A stretch of DNA of 64,000 bases from a virus, in the IMG/VR virus record IMGVR_UViG_3300031231_000003, positions 60,422 to 124,421 of that record, one strand, 5' to 3'. The position numbers and the translations under genes were made by a program. The number at the start of each line of letters is the position of its first letter. The stretch's first letter is position 1. Shown in pieces: positions 38,225 to 48,819 of the stretch. Under the pieces are notes generated by a model. The model saw only the letters and a program-made list of their open reading frames with translations, was not told the DNA's origin and did not search any database.

Positions 38225-39198
38225 AAATCACACTCAATGAATTAAGGCGAATTATTCGTGAAGAAAGCTCTCGTGGATGGGGTTCGAAACGACGCAAAGG
38301 TAAGGATCCCGCACAGTACGATGCAAACCGTGAAATAAACCGCGATGCGGATTGGGCGGTGGATCAGCTCAAATCAAAGGGTGGGATGTACGATGATTTG
38401 AATGATCGTGGTAATCAAAGAACGAGATTCAATAAATTGAGTCGTCAAGTCGATATGCCGTCACATCCAAATCGGGGTCTTCCTGGCCACGATGATGGTT
38501 GCAAGAACTGCGGCATGAAAGTTTCATTGCTTCCCAATGGTAAATGTGAAGATTGCGATTTCATGAACAATGAATCACGATCATGGGATGGTTACGAGCC
38601 TCGCTCATTATCAGATGGTGATGAAACATGCGAACTTTGTGGTTGCGAGGATGTTTCATTGACACCCAACGGTTTATGTGATGATTGTGATGACGCTGAA
38701 AACGGTCTAACCGAGGCGAAAGAAACTGAGACGACAATTGAAGCCACCGAGGAAGAAATCGACAAGCGAATCTCATCCATGGACGCTGATACGATTGTCG
38801 ACAAGGATTACATCGATTCACATACGGGCGAAGTTTACCTTGAAATTGGTGATCGAGCGGGGGACTCTCAATTTCATCCTTCGTACGTTCCAAAAACGTA
38901 TCGCGGCGAGAGCCCCGTCGATGTCTCATTTGATGATGATGATTTTCCCGATTACGAGGAAGAGGATCATGAATCGAACCTAGTATACGATACGTTCGTA
39001 TCTCAGGTTGATAAGTTCGTTGCAGACCTTGATCTGTCAGAACACGGTGCTGGCCCGGAAGATACTGCTCCCGAATACGCTCGTGTGTTCTTACACATGC
39101 ATCCCGAATGGAATGATAACAAGAAGCTCGGAATGAGCAGGCGACAGATCATCGATTACATCGCTAACTTAGCATTCGAAAAGTATGGAAACCGCTGA
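38221..39198 (+). CDS. Leader-bearing acidic protein with two CxxC..CxxC Zn-finger repeats
   Basis: 'MKITLNELRRIIREE'; 'CKNCG..VSLLPNGKCEDC' and 'CELCG..VSLTPNGLCDDC'. Confidence 0.6.
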   Translation: MKITLNELRRIIREESSRGWGSKRRKGKDPAQYDANREINRDADWAVDQLKSKGGMYDDLNDRGNQRTRFNKLSRQVDMPSHPNRGLPGHDDGCKNCGMKVSLLPNGKCEDCDFMNNESRSWDGYEPRSLSDGDETCELCGCEDVSLTPNGLCDDCDDAENGLTEAKETETTIEATEEEIDKRISSMDADTIVDKDYIDSHTGEVYLEIGDRAGDSQFHPSYVPKTYRGESPVDVSFDDDDFPDYEEEDHESNLVYDTFVSQVDKFVADLDLSEHGAGPEDTAPEYARVFLHMHPEWNDNKKLGMSRRQIIDYIANLAFEKYGNR

Positions 39199-39242
39199 TA
39201 CAAGGTCAGCGATAGAAAGATCACGTCTCGGGAGAGAATAAT

Positions 39243-39455
39243 ATGAAACTATCATTAAAACAATTAAGAAACCTGATCAACGAAGAGATTAAATCAAAGA
39301 GCGGAGGGGTTCACCTTTCAACACTCGAATCAATCAATCCTCGTGCATACGAAGGATGGATTGAAATGCTCGTTGAAGATTGTAGTGATGAATTCATTGT
39401 TAACTCAAAGAAGGAAATTCGCGTCAAGACTCGTAATGGTGTTGGGAACCACTAA
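39243..39455 (+). CDS. Leader-bearing small protein
   Basis: 'MKLSLKQLRNLINEEI'; GGAG RBS. Confidence 0.55.
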   Translation: MKLSLKQLRNLINEEIKSKSGGVHLSTLESINPRAYEGWIEMLVEDCSDEFIVNSKKEIRVKTRNGVGNH

Positions 39456-39554
39456 AAGGTCACGGAAATGAGAAACCTTAACGTCCAAGTAGATTGACAT
39501 AAGATTTAGAACGATAAAGCAGTAAAAAGCTTCATCTCTTAATAGGGAAGCAAG

Positions 39555-42500
39555 ATGGCAAACAAGCAATTAAAAGGATCAGAATCGCCCGAGAAGTTCT
39601 TTAAAAGAATGACTCGTATCTTCAAGAGCGGCGTTCAGGTCAAGCGAAAGATTCGTGCTCAAGATACCGCCGTCGTCGTTGCCGATAAGACGAAATCGTC
39701 TGGAACGTTGCTGTTTCAGAAGTCGTTCTCTCCAACGTACGCTTCAATCACGAGCAATGCTTACAACATCGCTGAGCGTCAAGTTCGTTACCAGGATTTT
39801 CAGCAGATGGAACAGACTGCTGAGATCGCTGCTGCCTTGGATCTATGGGCGGATGAATCTTCAAGTCCTGATGAACACGGGCGAGCTTTGCACATCTTTT
39901 CTGACAACGAGAAGATCAAGCAGGTTCTTGATGACCTGTTCTACAATCGATTGAACATCGAATTCAACCTTAGAAGTTGGGTTCGATCATGTTGCAAGTT
40001 CGGTGACTTTTTTCTATTGAATGACGTGCATCCTACTGAGGGTGTCGTTCATGCGTACCCAATTCCAGTCAATGAGATCGAACGCGAGGAAGGGTACGAC
40101 CGCGATGATCCAATGGCGGTTCGCTTTCGCTGGGTCTCGCTTGGTAATAGGATCCTACAGAACTGGGAAGTATCTCATTTCAGGTTGCTAGGAAATGATT
40201 CGTTCCTGCCATATGGTTGCTCGGTCATTGAAGCAGCAAGACGTGTGTGGCGTCAATTGATCCTCATTGAGGATGCGATGCTTGTCTACCGTGTCACAAG
40301 GGCACCCGAACGTCGAGTGTTCTACATCGATGTCGGTAACCTCCCAGCGAACGACATTCCTGCGTACGTTGAAGCTCAAAAGCAAGCGCTTCGAATGAAT
40401 CAGGTGCTTGATTCACAGACGAGCCGGGTTGATCTTCGTTATAATCCACTTCCAGTACATAAGGATACACCAATTCCATTACTTGATGGAACGACGTTGA
40501 CGATTGAGAATCTTTCGAACAAAATGAAGGAGAATTCCAATTGGACACCTTGGGTTTACTCGATACAAGACAAGTCGCTTCGTATTGTTCCAGGTAAGGT
40601 CACCTGGTGCGATAGGAATTACGTTGCGAAGAAGCTGGTGAAGGTTTGGCTTGACAACGATTCGTACGTTCTCACCGCTCCAGAACACCCATTTGTGCTG
40701 AGGGATGGATCAAGCAAGAGAGCTGATGAGTTGGTGGTGGGTCAGGCTTTGATGCCATTTTACAGGGAACTAAGTGTTTTTAAGGAAAAAGTTGATGGTA
40801 CAGATGATTTAGACGGATATGAAAAAATTTATGATCCAAAAACTCAAAGATTCGTTTATACACACCGTCGTGTTGCTGAAATTTTATCTCAACCAATAAC
40901 CTTACCCGAAGGAAATAATAATTGGGTAACTCATCATGTTGATTTTAACAGGTTAAATAACGATCCTTCGAATTTATTGAGAATGGGAAATGTAGATCAC
41001 TGGTATTTACATGCGTCTGAAATTACACGATACAATAAATCTGATCTTAAGAAAGAACGAACATCAAAGAACAACATTGAACGAAATTCAGTTGGTGCCA
41101 TGTCTTGGTACAACGGTTCGGATCTTCACAAGTCTCATAATGAGAATCGTAAGATCGGTCAATTGAAAGATTGGGGAGATCAAGAAAAGAAAACTCAACG
41201 AAAGTTGAACATGCAATGGAAAATTCCGAACGAGATGATCGAGAAGATCAGTGATCTCATTCGAAAGGATCCAAAAATTTCTCGGGTTAAAATTCACGAA
41301 GAGATCAAGAATGATCAAGAATTGATGAACGCATTGATGTCGATTCAAACGCCTGCAAGAGATGTTTCAAAGTTCAGTTATCAAGGCTGGATGTGCGAAT
41401 TTCAACGAAGAGGTCAAGGTAATGGATTTACTCAAATTCGTGAAGCTGTGTTGAATTACAAGAATCACAAGGTTTCTAAGATTGAATTCTTGGACGTTGA
41501 CGGCGAAGACGTCTATTGCATGACCGTTGTTGGTTCCGCCGGTGAAGACGATAGACACAATTTTATGGTCCTCGGGTTGAATGAGGATGGATCTCAATCA
41601 GATTCTGGTGTTTCATTATGGAACAGTGTAGACGAAGATTATTTCATTCCTATTCGTGGAAGCGACACAGGTACCAAGATCGACACACTCGCTGCGGGGC
41701 AGAATACAGGAACCGTTGAAGACGTTGCTTACATTCAAAAGAAACTGTTCGCAGCCCTCAAGATTCCAAAGGCTTACCTTGGTTACGAAGAAGGTCTGAG
41801 TTCTAAGAGCACGTTGGCACAGATGGACATTCGATTCTCTCGTTCAGTCTCCGTAATTCAACGCACATTCATTGCGGAACTGAATAAACTCGCAATCATT
41901 CACTTGTTCACGCTCGGATTTCAGAACGAGGATCTTGCTAACTTCACGTTGCACTTGTCTAATCCGTCAACCGTCGCGGAGCAACAAAAGCTCGAACTTT
42001 GGCGGACCAGATTCGAAATTGGGGGTTCGTTACCCGAAGGTATGGGAACGAAGCAATTCGTTTACAAGACAATCTGGGGTCTCAATGACGATGAGATCGA
42101 CCAGATCAACAACGACCGTGTCAAGGAAACCCTTGTGGATGCCACAATCGCTGCGATGGCAGAAGGTGGAGAAGCTTCCGGCCCCGGAGGCGGTGGAGGT
42201 GGTGGCGGGGGAGCACCTGCAGGTGGAGGATTCGATCTTGATGCCGGTGGCGAGGATGAGGACATCTTTAGCGATGACGATGCAGGTGGAAGCGCGGATG
42301 ATTCTGGTGGTGAGGATGAGATCCCTGACGAGGAGAACGCAGGTCCCGAACCTCTCGAGGATGAGGATCCCGATTTGGAATTATTGACATCGAGCGATGA
42401 TCAGGATGATCCCGAGACGTTCAAGATTCCTTCAATGAGGGATTCACCCGTGAAGGTTGCAAAGCAACTGCAGAAATCGCTTTACAACAGATCACGTCAT

Positions 42501-42854
42501 CGTACACATGGTCCATCAAAGACTCACATGCCCGACTTTCTAGGCATGGTGAACAACAAACGTCGCGAAGATACAATGAACGACCCGTACGATACGAATG
42601 CAATGAAGGCACTTATCACGAATCCGTTCGGTGAATCAATTCGCAGGCCAAATGCGATATTGACGAATGATATCATGAGTGCGTTGAACAACATGAAACG
42701 TGAACACGATTCCGATCGTGTCGCAAAAGGTGGTACGTTGTTGTTGAATGAAGGTGATGAAGGTGTCGAAATTGAACTTGACGACTCGACGTCTGATGAC
42801 GATGAACTATCGTTGCAAGAACAAGTATTCCATAATGAAAGAGAAGAAGAATAA
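39555..42854 (+). CDS. Portal protein (T4 gp20-like) containing an intein
   Basis: 'EIAAALD..ADE','RVWRQL.LIEDAMLVYR.TRAPERRVFYIDVGN','EDYFIP.RG...TKIDTL','KKLFAALKIP'; acidic Gly-rich C-terminus. Confidence 0.95.
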   Translation: MANKQLKGSESPEKFFKRMTRIFKSGVQVKRKIRAQDTAVVVADKTKSSGTLLFQKSFSPTYASITSNAYNIAERQVRYQDFQQMEQTAEIAAALDLWADESSSPDEHGRALHIFSDNEKIKQVLDDLFYNRLNIEFNLRSWVRSCCKFGDFFLLNDVHPTEGVVHAYPIPVNEIEREEGYDRDDPMAVRFRWVSLGNRILQNWEVSHFRLLGNDSFLPYGCSVIEAARRVWRQLILIEDAMLVYRVTRAPERRVFYIDVGNLPANDIPAYVEAQKQALRMNQVLDSQTSRVDLRYNPLPVHKDTPIPLLDGTTLTIENLSNKMKENSNWTPWVYSIQDKSLRIVPGKVTWCDRNYVAKKLVKVWLDNDSYVLTAPEHPFVLRDGSSKRADELVVGQALMPFYRELSVFKEKVDGTDDLDGYEKIYDPKTQRFVYTHRRVAEILSQPITLPEGNNNWVTHHVDFNRLNNDPSNLLRMGNVDHWYLHASEITRYNKSDLKKERTSKNNIERNSVGAMSWYNGSDLHKSHNENRKIGQLKDWGDQEKKTQRKLNMQWKIPNEMIEKISDLIRKDPKISRVKIHEEIKNDQELMNALMSIQTPARDVSKFSYQGWMCEFQRRGQGNGFTQIREAVLNYKNHKVSKIEFLDVDGEDVYCMTVVGSAGEDDRHNFMVLGLNEDGSQSDSGVSLWNSVDEDYFIPIRGSDTGTKIDTLAAGQNTGTVEDVAYIQKKLFAALKIPKAYLGYEEGLSSKSTLAQMDIRFSRSVSVIQRTFIAELNKLAIIHLFTLGFQNEDLANFTLHLSNPSTVAEQQKLELWRTRFEIGGSLPEGMGTKQFVYKTIWGLNDDEIDQINNDRVKETLVDATIAAMAEGGEASGPGGGGGGGGGAPAGGGFDLDAGGEDEDIFSDDDAGGSADDSGGEDEIPDEENAGPEPLEDEDPDLELLTSSDDQDDPETFKIPSMRDSPVKVAKQLQKSLYNRSRHRTHGPSKTHMPDFLGMVNNKRREDTMNDPYDTNAMKALITNPFGESIRRPNAILTNDIMSALNNMKREHDSDRVAKGGTLLLNEGDEGVEIELDDSTSDDDELSLQEQVFHNEREEE
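40452..41624 (+). mobile_element. Intein (391 aa) with HNH endonuclease in the portal gene
   Basis: Inserted in RYNPL/SVDEDYFIP; block A 'PVHKDTPIPLLDG', block B 'LTAPEHPF', HNH 'HHVDFNRLNNDPSNL', block F 'VYCMTV..HNF', terminal WN/S. Confidence 0.88.
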
Positions 42855-42856
42855 TT

Positions 42857-43733
42857 ATGAGCAACGTCATGACATCGTCAAAACATAACAAGCGCAGAAA
42901 CGTTCTTCTCGTATACGAGTTCCTGACTCGCCACGTCTCAGCGGGTCTTGTCGAAGGCAACAATGCTAAGTCTTCCAAGGCATTAAAAATACTGAAAAAG
43001 TCATTCAAACAAGGAACCGAACTTTACAATGAGTTCAGGGTGATGAATGCTCTTGCTAAGACAACCGTCACATCAGAGGCTGTTGCCTGCTCGATCATGA
43101 ATGAAGCAAAAGTTGCTGTGAAAAAAACACGATGTCGCAAAGCTCGACCGCGAAAAGTCTCACCTGATCAGGAACATCAACCACTCGTTGAACGATGCAA
43201 CGTTCTTTGATCAACACGTTAGCGAGTACAAGACGTACGCGACGATGCAGGTACTCTTTAACGAGTGGCGAAACAAGAATCCCGACATTGCGACGCTTGC
43301 GTCCCACGAGGATTCACTTGTCAAATGGTTGACGAAAGAGAAAACTGAGACGGGCGAATCAACGCTTTCCGAGAATTCACCCGGTACGAATCGTTTGCTG
43401 ATGAAGATCATGATGACAAAGCTGAACGAGAAGTACTCTGGAACGTTATCGTCCGAGCAAAAGGATCTAATTCGCGATTACGTTTGGTCAACATCAACGG
43501 ATGATCCAGAACGCATTCGTGTCAAGCTAAACGAGGTGAAGTCGCAACTATCAACGTCAATCGGTGCTTGCATCTCCGAGAATTCCGGTAACGAGCACAT
43601 GTTGAATCAATTGAACGATGTTCGAACGAAACTGATCAATGAGGATGTTTCTGAGATCAACGATGGTATCGTGACTCGATTCATGCAATACCTGAAACTC
43701 AATGATGAGTTTAACACAAAGGACGAAAAATGA
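42857..43733 (+). CDS. Head-module protein downstream of portal; single gene with a frameshift at A7 43121-43127
   Basis: Removing one A joins ORFs 42857..43210 and 43188..43733 as 'VKKHDVAKLDREKSHLIRNINHSLNDATFF'. Confidence 0.7.
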
Positions 43734-43966
43734 AGATTGAACAATTAAGACGTCAGATTCGTAAAATCATCATCACTGAGGATCATCGTTCCGCCGCAAC
43801 GGTTCCTCCAAAGTTTGCAAGCAGCGAGCTCGACGATGATGCTCCCGGAAGTCGACCTGAACTCGATCGTGAGGAACTCCTGAGAAAAGCAAAGAAATGC
43901 CGGACAGAGGCAAAACGGTTACTCGCTCAGGCTGAAGAATACGAACATCTCGCGAAGAAGGCTTGA
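43730..43966 (+). CDS. Leader-bearing small protein
   Basis: 'MKIEQLRRQIRKIIITE'. Confidence 0.55.
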   Translation: MKIEQLRRQIRKIIITEDHRSAATVPPKFASSELDDDAPGSRPELDREELLRKAKKCRTEAKRLLAQAEEYEHLAKKA

Positions 43967-43973
43967 TAAGACA

Positions 43974-44372
43974 ATGAACGGATCGAATCTTTTGCGTAAA
44001 TTCATTTGTGAAGCAATCAGCGACAGCGTTCGTGAACGTGCGAACGGATTCATTGACGAGGCTGTTCAACTTTCGAACGACATCGCGGAAGGTGACAAAC
44101 ATTCTATCAAGCAACTTCAGCACGTTGCAAAGGAAATGGAAAGCTTGACGAGCTTTTTCAAGCGAAACGATGAATTGATGAACACGGCATTCAATCGTTT
44201 GCTCGAACAGGTGAACAAGATGGTGAAGATGACGAGCTTTTGGAATCGTCCACTTGCGATTGGAAAGCAAGCGTACTTTGAGAAGTTGAACGATCAAGCT
44301 GCGAACATCGAACACGAAGCATCGATCACGAAACATTTAATGGAGAAGGTGAAGAAACACAAGGTCTGGTGA
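43974..44372 (+). CDS. Leader-bearing helical protein
   Basis: 'LLRKFICEAI'. Confidence 0.5.
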   Translation: MNGSNLLRKFICEAISDSVRERANGFIDEAVQLSNDIAEGDKHSIKQLQHVAKEMESLTSFFKRNDELMNTAFNRLLEQVNKMVKMTSFWNRPLAIGKQAYFEKLNDQAANIEHEASITKHLMEKVKKHKVW

Positions 44373-44429
44373 AACTCACAATGATTGATGTGCATCGTTA
44401 AATTTTCGTTTCGTACATAATTACTTGTT

Positions 44430-45032
44430 ATGAACGAGCAACGGATCATCACATCATACGAGGATTTCACCCCCGAAGTTATCACAGAAGCCATTACGGG
44501 AACTGATAGAAAAAAGATGATTCTTAAGGGAATTCTTCAGCGTTCGGATAGTGTCAACCAGAACGGCAGGATCTATACGAGAGCGATACTTGAGCGCGAG
44601 ATCAGGAATTACCAGAAGTTCATTCTTGAAAATCGAGCATTGGGAGAACTTGATCATCCGTCCGAAAGTGTTGTTGAACTTAAGAATGTTTCGCACATCG
44701 TGCGTAAAGCTGAGATGGATGACAAGGGAGTCGTTACCGGTTTGATTGAATTGTTAGACACCCCTTGCGGGAAGATTGCACAGAGCTTGGTCGAAAGCGG
44801 TGTAAAAATTGGCATCTCATCACGTGGAGTGGGGTCAACAACAAAGAAAGGGGACTATCAAGAGGTCTCTTCCGACTACATTCTCATATGTTTTGACCTC
44901 GTCGTAGACCCAAGTACCCCCAATGCGTTCATGATCCCAGAAGGTAGAAAAATTTCTACAAAGGAATATGAAAAAATTCTAACTCGTTCTGATCGCCTCT
45001 CTAGGCTGATGAACGAGATTCTGATCAAGTGA
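44430..45032 (+). CDS. Prohead core protease (T4 gp21-like)
   Basis: 'GILQ....NQNGRIY','ALGELDHP','VSH','TPCGKI','GISSRGVGS','DLVVDPSTPNAF'. Confidence 0.95.
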   Translation: MNEQRIITSYEDFTPEVITEAITGTDRKKMILKGILQRSDSVNQNGRIYTRAILEREIRNYQKFILENRALGELDHPSESVVELKNVSHIVRKAEMDDKGVVTGLIELLDTPCGKIAQSLVESGVKIGISSRGVGSTTKKGDYQEVSSDYILICFDLVVDPSTPNAFMIPEGRKISTKEYEKILTRSDRLSRLMNEILIK

Positions 45033-45138
45033 TCGAAGTGAGATTCACGCTATCTGATGTTTCGACGTTGACGTCGAATGAATTCTCGTTCACCTGATTG
45101 GGGGAAATTAGTACACTCTCAAAGAACGTTCGTGTGCA

Positions 45139-45468
45139 TTACGGAATGCGTGAGTTGCATTCCTTCGCCTTTCGTCGCTTGATGACGATTGGTGATTCCT
45201 TCACGTCAATGACGTGTGAGCTGATTCTGAACGAGGTTCGATTCGTTGAAGCTTGAAAACATTCGTGCTTCGCATCACATGTGCAACGAATGTACGATCC
45301 CTGATAAGAAACACGATCGAATCCATCGCCATCAGTCGACATTCCAATTCGAGACGTCCATTCGAGCTTTCCACCTAATCCGCAATGAGGATTGAACGAT
45401 TCGGAACGAGCTAGTATGTCGTACAAATCGAACGTTCGTGCTGTAGTATTACGCGTTTTGAATGCCAT
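45139..45468 (-). CDS. Hypothetical protein
   Basis: 109 aa, TACAAT upstream. Confidence 0.45.
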   Translation of the reverse strand: MAFKTRNTTARTFDLYDILARSESFNPHCGLGGKLEWTSRIGMSTDGDGFDRVSYQGSYIRCTCDAKHECFQASTNRTSFRISSHVIDVKESPIVIKRRKAKECNSRIP

Positions 45469-45495
45469 GAAAAGCTCATTGTAACATGAAATCTT

Positions 45496-45711
45496 TCAAA
45501 GAACATGAAAGAACGTTGCATCTTGAAACGCGTAAATACTAACCGTTAGTACCCTGTTTTTCTTGTACACCGTCACGTATTCATTGACATGAGCAATGAC
45601 TGTGAACATATCATGAAGCGCGAACATCTCGTAATCACTGATGGAGGATGACCATATCTGAATTTTTCTCAGAACGTAGTACATCTCGCCAAGCAAGAGC
45701 TTGTTCAACAA
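45496..45711 (-). CDS. Small SH3-like protein (divergent family member)
   Basis: 'KLLLGEMYYV...FTVIA'. Confidence 0.4.
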   Translation of the reverse strand: MLNKLLLGEMYYVLRKIQIWSSSISDYEMFALHDMFTVIAHVNEYVTVYKKNRVLTVSIYAFQDATFFHVL

Positions 45712-45717
45712 AGATTG

Positions 45718-46227
45718 TCACACGTGCAGGATCGTGAACGGCGGACGAACTGCCGCGTTGTTGATACATGAAACTTCAAGTGCCTGTTTAATTCTTGCCT
45801 CAGCATTCTTGATGCTTCCGTTCGAATGCATCGCACCCATTGCAAGATCTGCACCGGATCCCATTGCATCGAAACCTTCTCGTGCTTCAGCAACTTGGTA
45901 ATCCCCGTGAATTCCGAACAACTTTCCAGCGTGACCGACGAGAATGTCGGGCTGGAGATTATCTTCCTTCAAGCAGGAACGTACGGAATCTACGAATTCG
46001 TTCACCATGTACGTTGAAAGGTTACCTCCCTTGAACTTCGGAATCACCAATCGGTGTTGGATCAACTGACCCATCCTGAAGCTACCGCAGAATCCAAAAA
46101 TGAAGCCATCACGAACGAACACCTTCTTGTCATTTCGTGAGCGTTGTAGCATGTTGGAACTCGTTCCAGCACTGTCGCCACCAATGAAAACTTTACCCTT
46201 GCTTTCGAGCCCAATGATACAAGTCAT
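45718..46227 (-). CDS. HslV/proteasome-beta-like N-terminal-Thr peptidase
   Basis: 'MTCIIG...IGGDS','KKVF','GFCGS','AMGSG..LAMGAM'. Confidence 0.8.
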   Translation of the reverse strand: MTCIIGLESKGKVFIGGDSAGTSSNMLQRSRNDKKVFVRDGFIFGFCGSFRMGQLIQHRLVIPKFKGGNLSTYMVNEFVDSVRSCLKEDNLQPDILVGHAGKLFGIHGDYQVAEAREGFDAMGSGADLAMGAMHSNGSIKNAEARIKQALEVSCINNAAVRPPFTILHV

Positions 46228-46242
46228 GCTAGTATGATACCA

Positions 46243-46479
46243 CTATTTCTTTTGACGTATCACGAACGTTGCCCCGTCAATTTTATCCCGTTCGTTGTAG
46301 CAAATTTTTCTCGTACAGGTGGGATGGTTGTTCATGAAGTTGATGTGAAGATCGTAACCAGTACCGAGCTTACCGGTTGCATTCGTAATTACGACACTTA
46401 AAACCAACGATTGGTTACCGTGAACGACCCTTGAGACTAGCAAATCTCCGGGATAAAGGTGTGAATAAAGCATTGTCAA
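46243..46479 (-). CDS. Small xLxPGD-family protein
   Basis: 'MLYSHLYPGDLLV...SLVLSV'. Confidence 0.6.
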   Translation of the reverse strand: MTMLYSHLYPGDLLVSRVVHGNQSLVLSVVITNATGKLGTGYDLHINFMNNHPTCTRKICYNERDKIDGATFVIRQKK

Positions 46480-48164
46480 ATATAAGAAAAGAAAGAGTTT
46501 TCGTACCCGTTAATTCGTGTGAAACCATCTGCTGCGGCGAGCTCGTTCTCATTTAATCCAAGTTCTTTGTTGTTTTTGAACGTTTGACGGTCGTAACGTT
46601 TACACATATCTGTCCACCAGTAACGCATCACAGTTTGACGTTCGTATCTCCAACCTGATAATTTGTATCCCCTGCCATCACCGATCCGGTTATCGACGTA
46701 TGTTACCAATCCAGGTTTCATGGATGTTTTAGCGATTTTCAACGCTTCTTTTGTTAATTTACCCAACCAACCATGAACCTTGATGTTACATTTACATGCC
46801 GCTCTTGCGACCTCGAATCGGGATTCATTCGATCTTGATGCATTACGAGGTATTCTCAATGTCATGACGGCAATAAGTTCATCATTGAACTTCAATCCAA
46901 TACACTTTGATGATTGAACGTGTCCCTCTAGGTGGTTATTTACCAGGAATGATTTCGATTGTGCATTATCGATCTCAACAAGTTCGCATTTTCTTGCATG
47001 TATCGTTCTGTCAAACACATTCAATCGTTGTTTGATCATTGATTCAACTATTTTTCGTTTTTGTAACCATTCATCTTCAAATATCGAAAAGAGACGAATT
47101 CCAACTTGTTTAGCAAGCAACGACTTCTTAACGTGGTAACGAGGATCTTTCAGCACGGCGGTTGAATGCCAATAAAGTCCATTGTATTCAATACCAAATT
47201 TCATTGACGGAACGTAGATATCGACCTCTTGAGGGAACAAGATAGTTCTATCTCCGGATACAACATCACCCACGTTAAGCGATTTGACGAAATCAAGAAC
47301 TTCTAGTTGACCAATTGATCCTTTGGGATGACATGTATTACAAATCGGTCGTCCCCTGAATTGCATCAACGTTCTTTGTGCGGTGATACCGCAAGTCTTA
47401 CACTTGATATCAAGTTGATTGTACTTGTTTCGATATAAGTTCGGGTCGGTCAAAAGATCGAACTTTCCTTTTGAGCTGTCTTCGAACACATTGATCAATT
47501 GATCAGGCTTGAAACGTTTTGCGGACGAATTCATGTTTGTTTTGACTGTGTGAGATATGTTTCTACCCAACAAACGTACACTTTCATTCGTATCCTTTGT
47601 TTGCCCCTTGATCCAAGCAATTTTTTCACCCGAAGCGAACTTTCGTTTCTTTGTTTCTGATGATTTCTTCAAACTTTCATGAGTATCTTTCGTTTGACCT
47701 TTTTGCCAGTACTCATAAGTTCCCGCTTCGTGTCCAATTGTCAACGTTTTTCCAATACGTTCAGACATTTCTGCAACACGAATGTCAGTTTCTTTCGTCA
47801 AACCATCATTCCATACCTTGTATTTACCAGAACGATAACCATCAGTACGTTTTTGAGCGAATTCTGCTTGTCGATCCGGATCGTTGTAGATTGAATCAAT
47901 CACGGCGTTATGACCCCGGACGAATTTCACGGGATAACCAACCTTCCAACCGTACCATTTAACGGGCTCACTGCATTTTCCACATTTACAAACGGGGGTG
48001 ATTCCGCAGTGATAGATTTTGTCGAACAATGCTTGATGGTTGGTACAGGAATGTGTGGACGACAAATGCTCAAGAAATTTCTTCTCTTGAGCAAAGTCTT
48101 TATCACAGTTCGGACATGAAATTCGTTTGAATTTCTTTTTTTCAGGTATTACTTCCTCACTCAT
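46476..48164 (-). CDS. Hef-like endonuclease: Zn fingers, WxKGxTK repeats, Vsr-like nuclease, GNAT/Mom-like C-domain
   Basis: 'CKCGKC','WNDGLTKET','WQKGQTKDT','EVDIYVP..FGIEYNGLYWHS','ARKC..NH','YVDNRIGDG.GY'. Confidence 0.7.
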   Translation of the reverse strand: MSEEVIPEKKKFKRISCPNCDKDFAQEKKFLEHLSSTHSCTNHQALFDKIYHCGITPVCKCGKCSEPVKWYGWKVGYPVKFVRGHNAVIDSIYNDPDRQAEFAQKRTDGYRSGKYKVWNDGLTKETDIRVAEMSERIGKTLTIGHEAGTYEYWQKGQTKDTHESLKKSSETKKRKFASGEKIAWIKGQTKDTNESVRLLGRNISHTVKTNMNSSAKRFKPDQLINVFEDSSKGKFDLLTDPNLYRNKYNQLDIKCKTCGITAQRTLMQFRGRPICNTCHPKGSIGQLEVLDFVKSLNVGDVVSGDRTILFPQEVDIYVPSMKFGIEYNGLYWHSTAVLKDPRYHVKKSLLAKQVGIRLFSIFEDEWLQKRKIVESMIKQRLNVFDRTIHARKCELVEIDNAQSKSFLVNNHLEGHVQSSKCIGLKFNDELIAVMTLRIPRNASRSNESRFEVARAACKCNIKVHGWLGKLTKEALKIAKTSMKPGLVTYVDNRIGDGRGYKLSGWRYERQTVMRYWWTDMCKRYDRQTFKNNKELGLNENELAAADGFTRINGYENSFFSYI

Positions 48165-48236
48165 GAAGAAATAATAATTATTAATTACGTAGCGTACAAC
48201 TCTAGAGTTCCAATAACCATAAGTGGTTGAAATTGT

Positions 48237-48728
48237 TCAGAATTGGAGGATCCAATTGTCGGCACGGAGGGTACAAGAAATTTCCGTGGGTTCATGAGTA
48301 TCGTAACTAAGTTCTCCAAAGTTGACCTCAGTCGCCCAGACGCCTTTTCCGTCCCATAAACTGACCACTGTACCTACCGGGTCCAACAATTTAAGTTGGA
48401 CATCCCTCTTGTAAAAGTCAGCATACCCCGCTCGTCCCGAAACTGATTCGTAACAGAGTCTCAACCATTCCATCGTTTGCTGTGCCGCGGAAGGAGCAAT
48501 CGGATCGTGAAGCGTGATTTGAACCGGTCCGAACGTGGTCTTACCAGCAAGGTAACGGTGAGCGTTGATGAATGGTATTGGAACCTCTTCCGTGGTCACG
48601 GTAGGTTGCTGCGCGGTCTTAAGCAAGAATGCATCGATGCCTTCGATCATGAACACCCACCTATTCTTTTGCTTGGGCTGAAATTGATTCGGTAACATTG
48701 ACGTAACATCTAGGGTTTCTGCGGCCAT
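48237..48728 (-). CDS. Tail tube protein (T4 gp19-like)
   Basis: 'PKQKNRW','IPFIN..RYLAGK','ITLHDPIAPSAAQQTMEW','FYKRD..LLDPVG.VV..W','FGELSY'. Confidence 0.9.
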   Translation of the reverse strand: MAAETLDVTSMLPNQFQPKQKNRWVFMIEGIDAFLLKTAQQPTVTTEEVPIPFINAHRYLAGKTTFGPVQITLHDPIAPSAAQQTMEWLRLCYESVSGRAGYADFYKRDVQLKLLDPVGTVVSLWDGKGVWATEVNFGELSYDTHEPTEISCTLRADNWILQF

Positions 48729-48819
48729 ATTGGAATTCTCCTACGAATAGTTAGGTAACAATTATTGTTTACGACCATTTACAAAGTTTTTTTGGTAATT
48801 ACCTATTCATGATAACCGT

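Noticed and set aside
45061-45078. Palindrome TTCGACGT-TG-ACGTCGAA between convergent genes
   Set aside because: Two-base loop, no U-tract, and built from words common in this genome.
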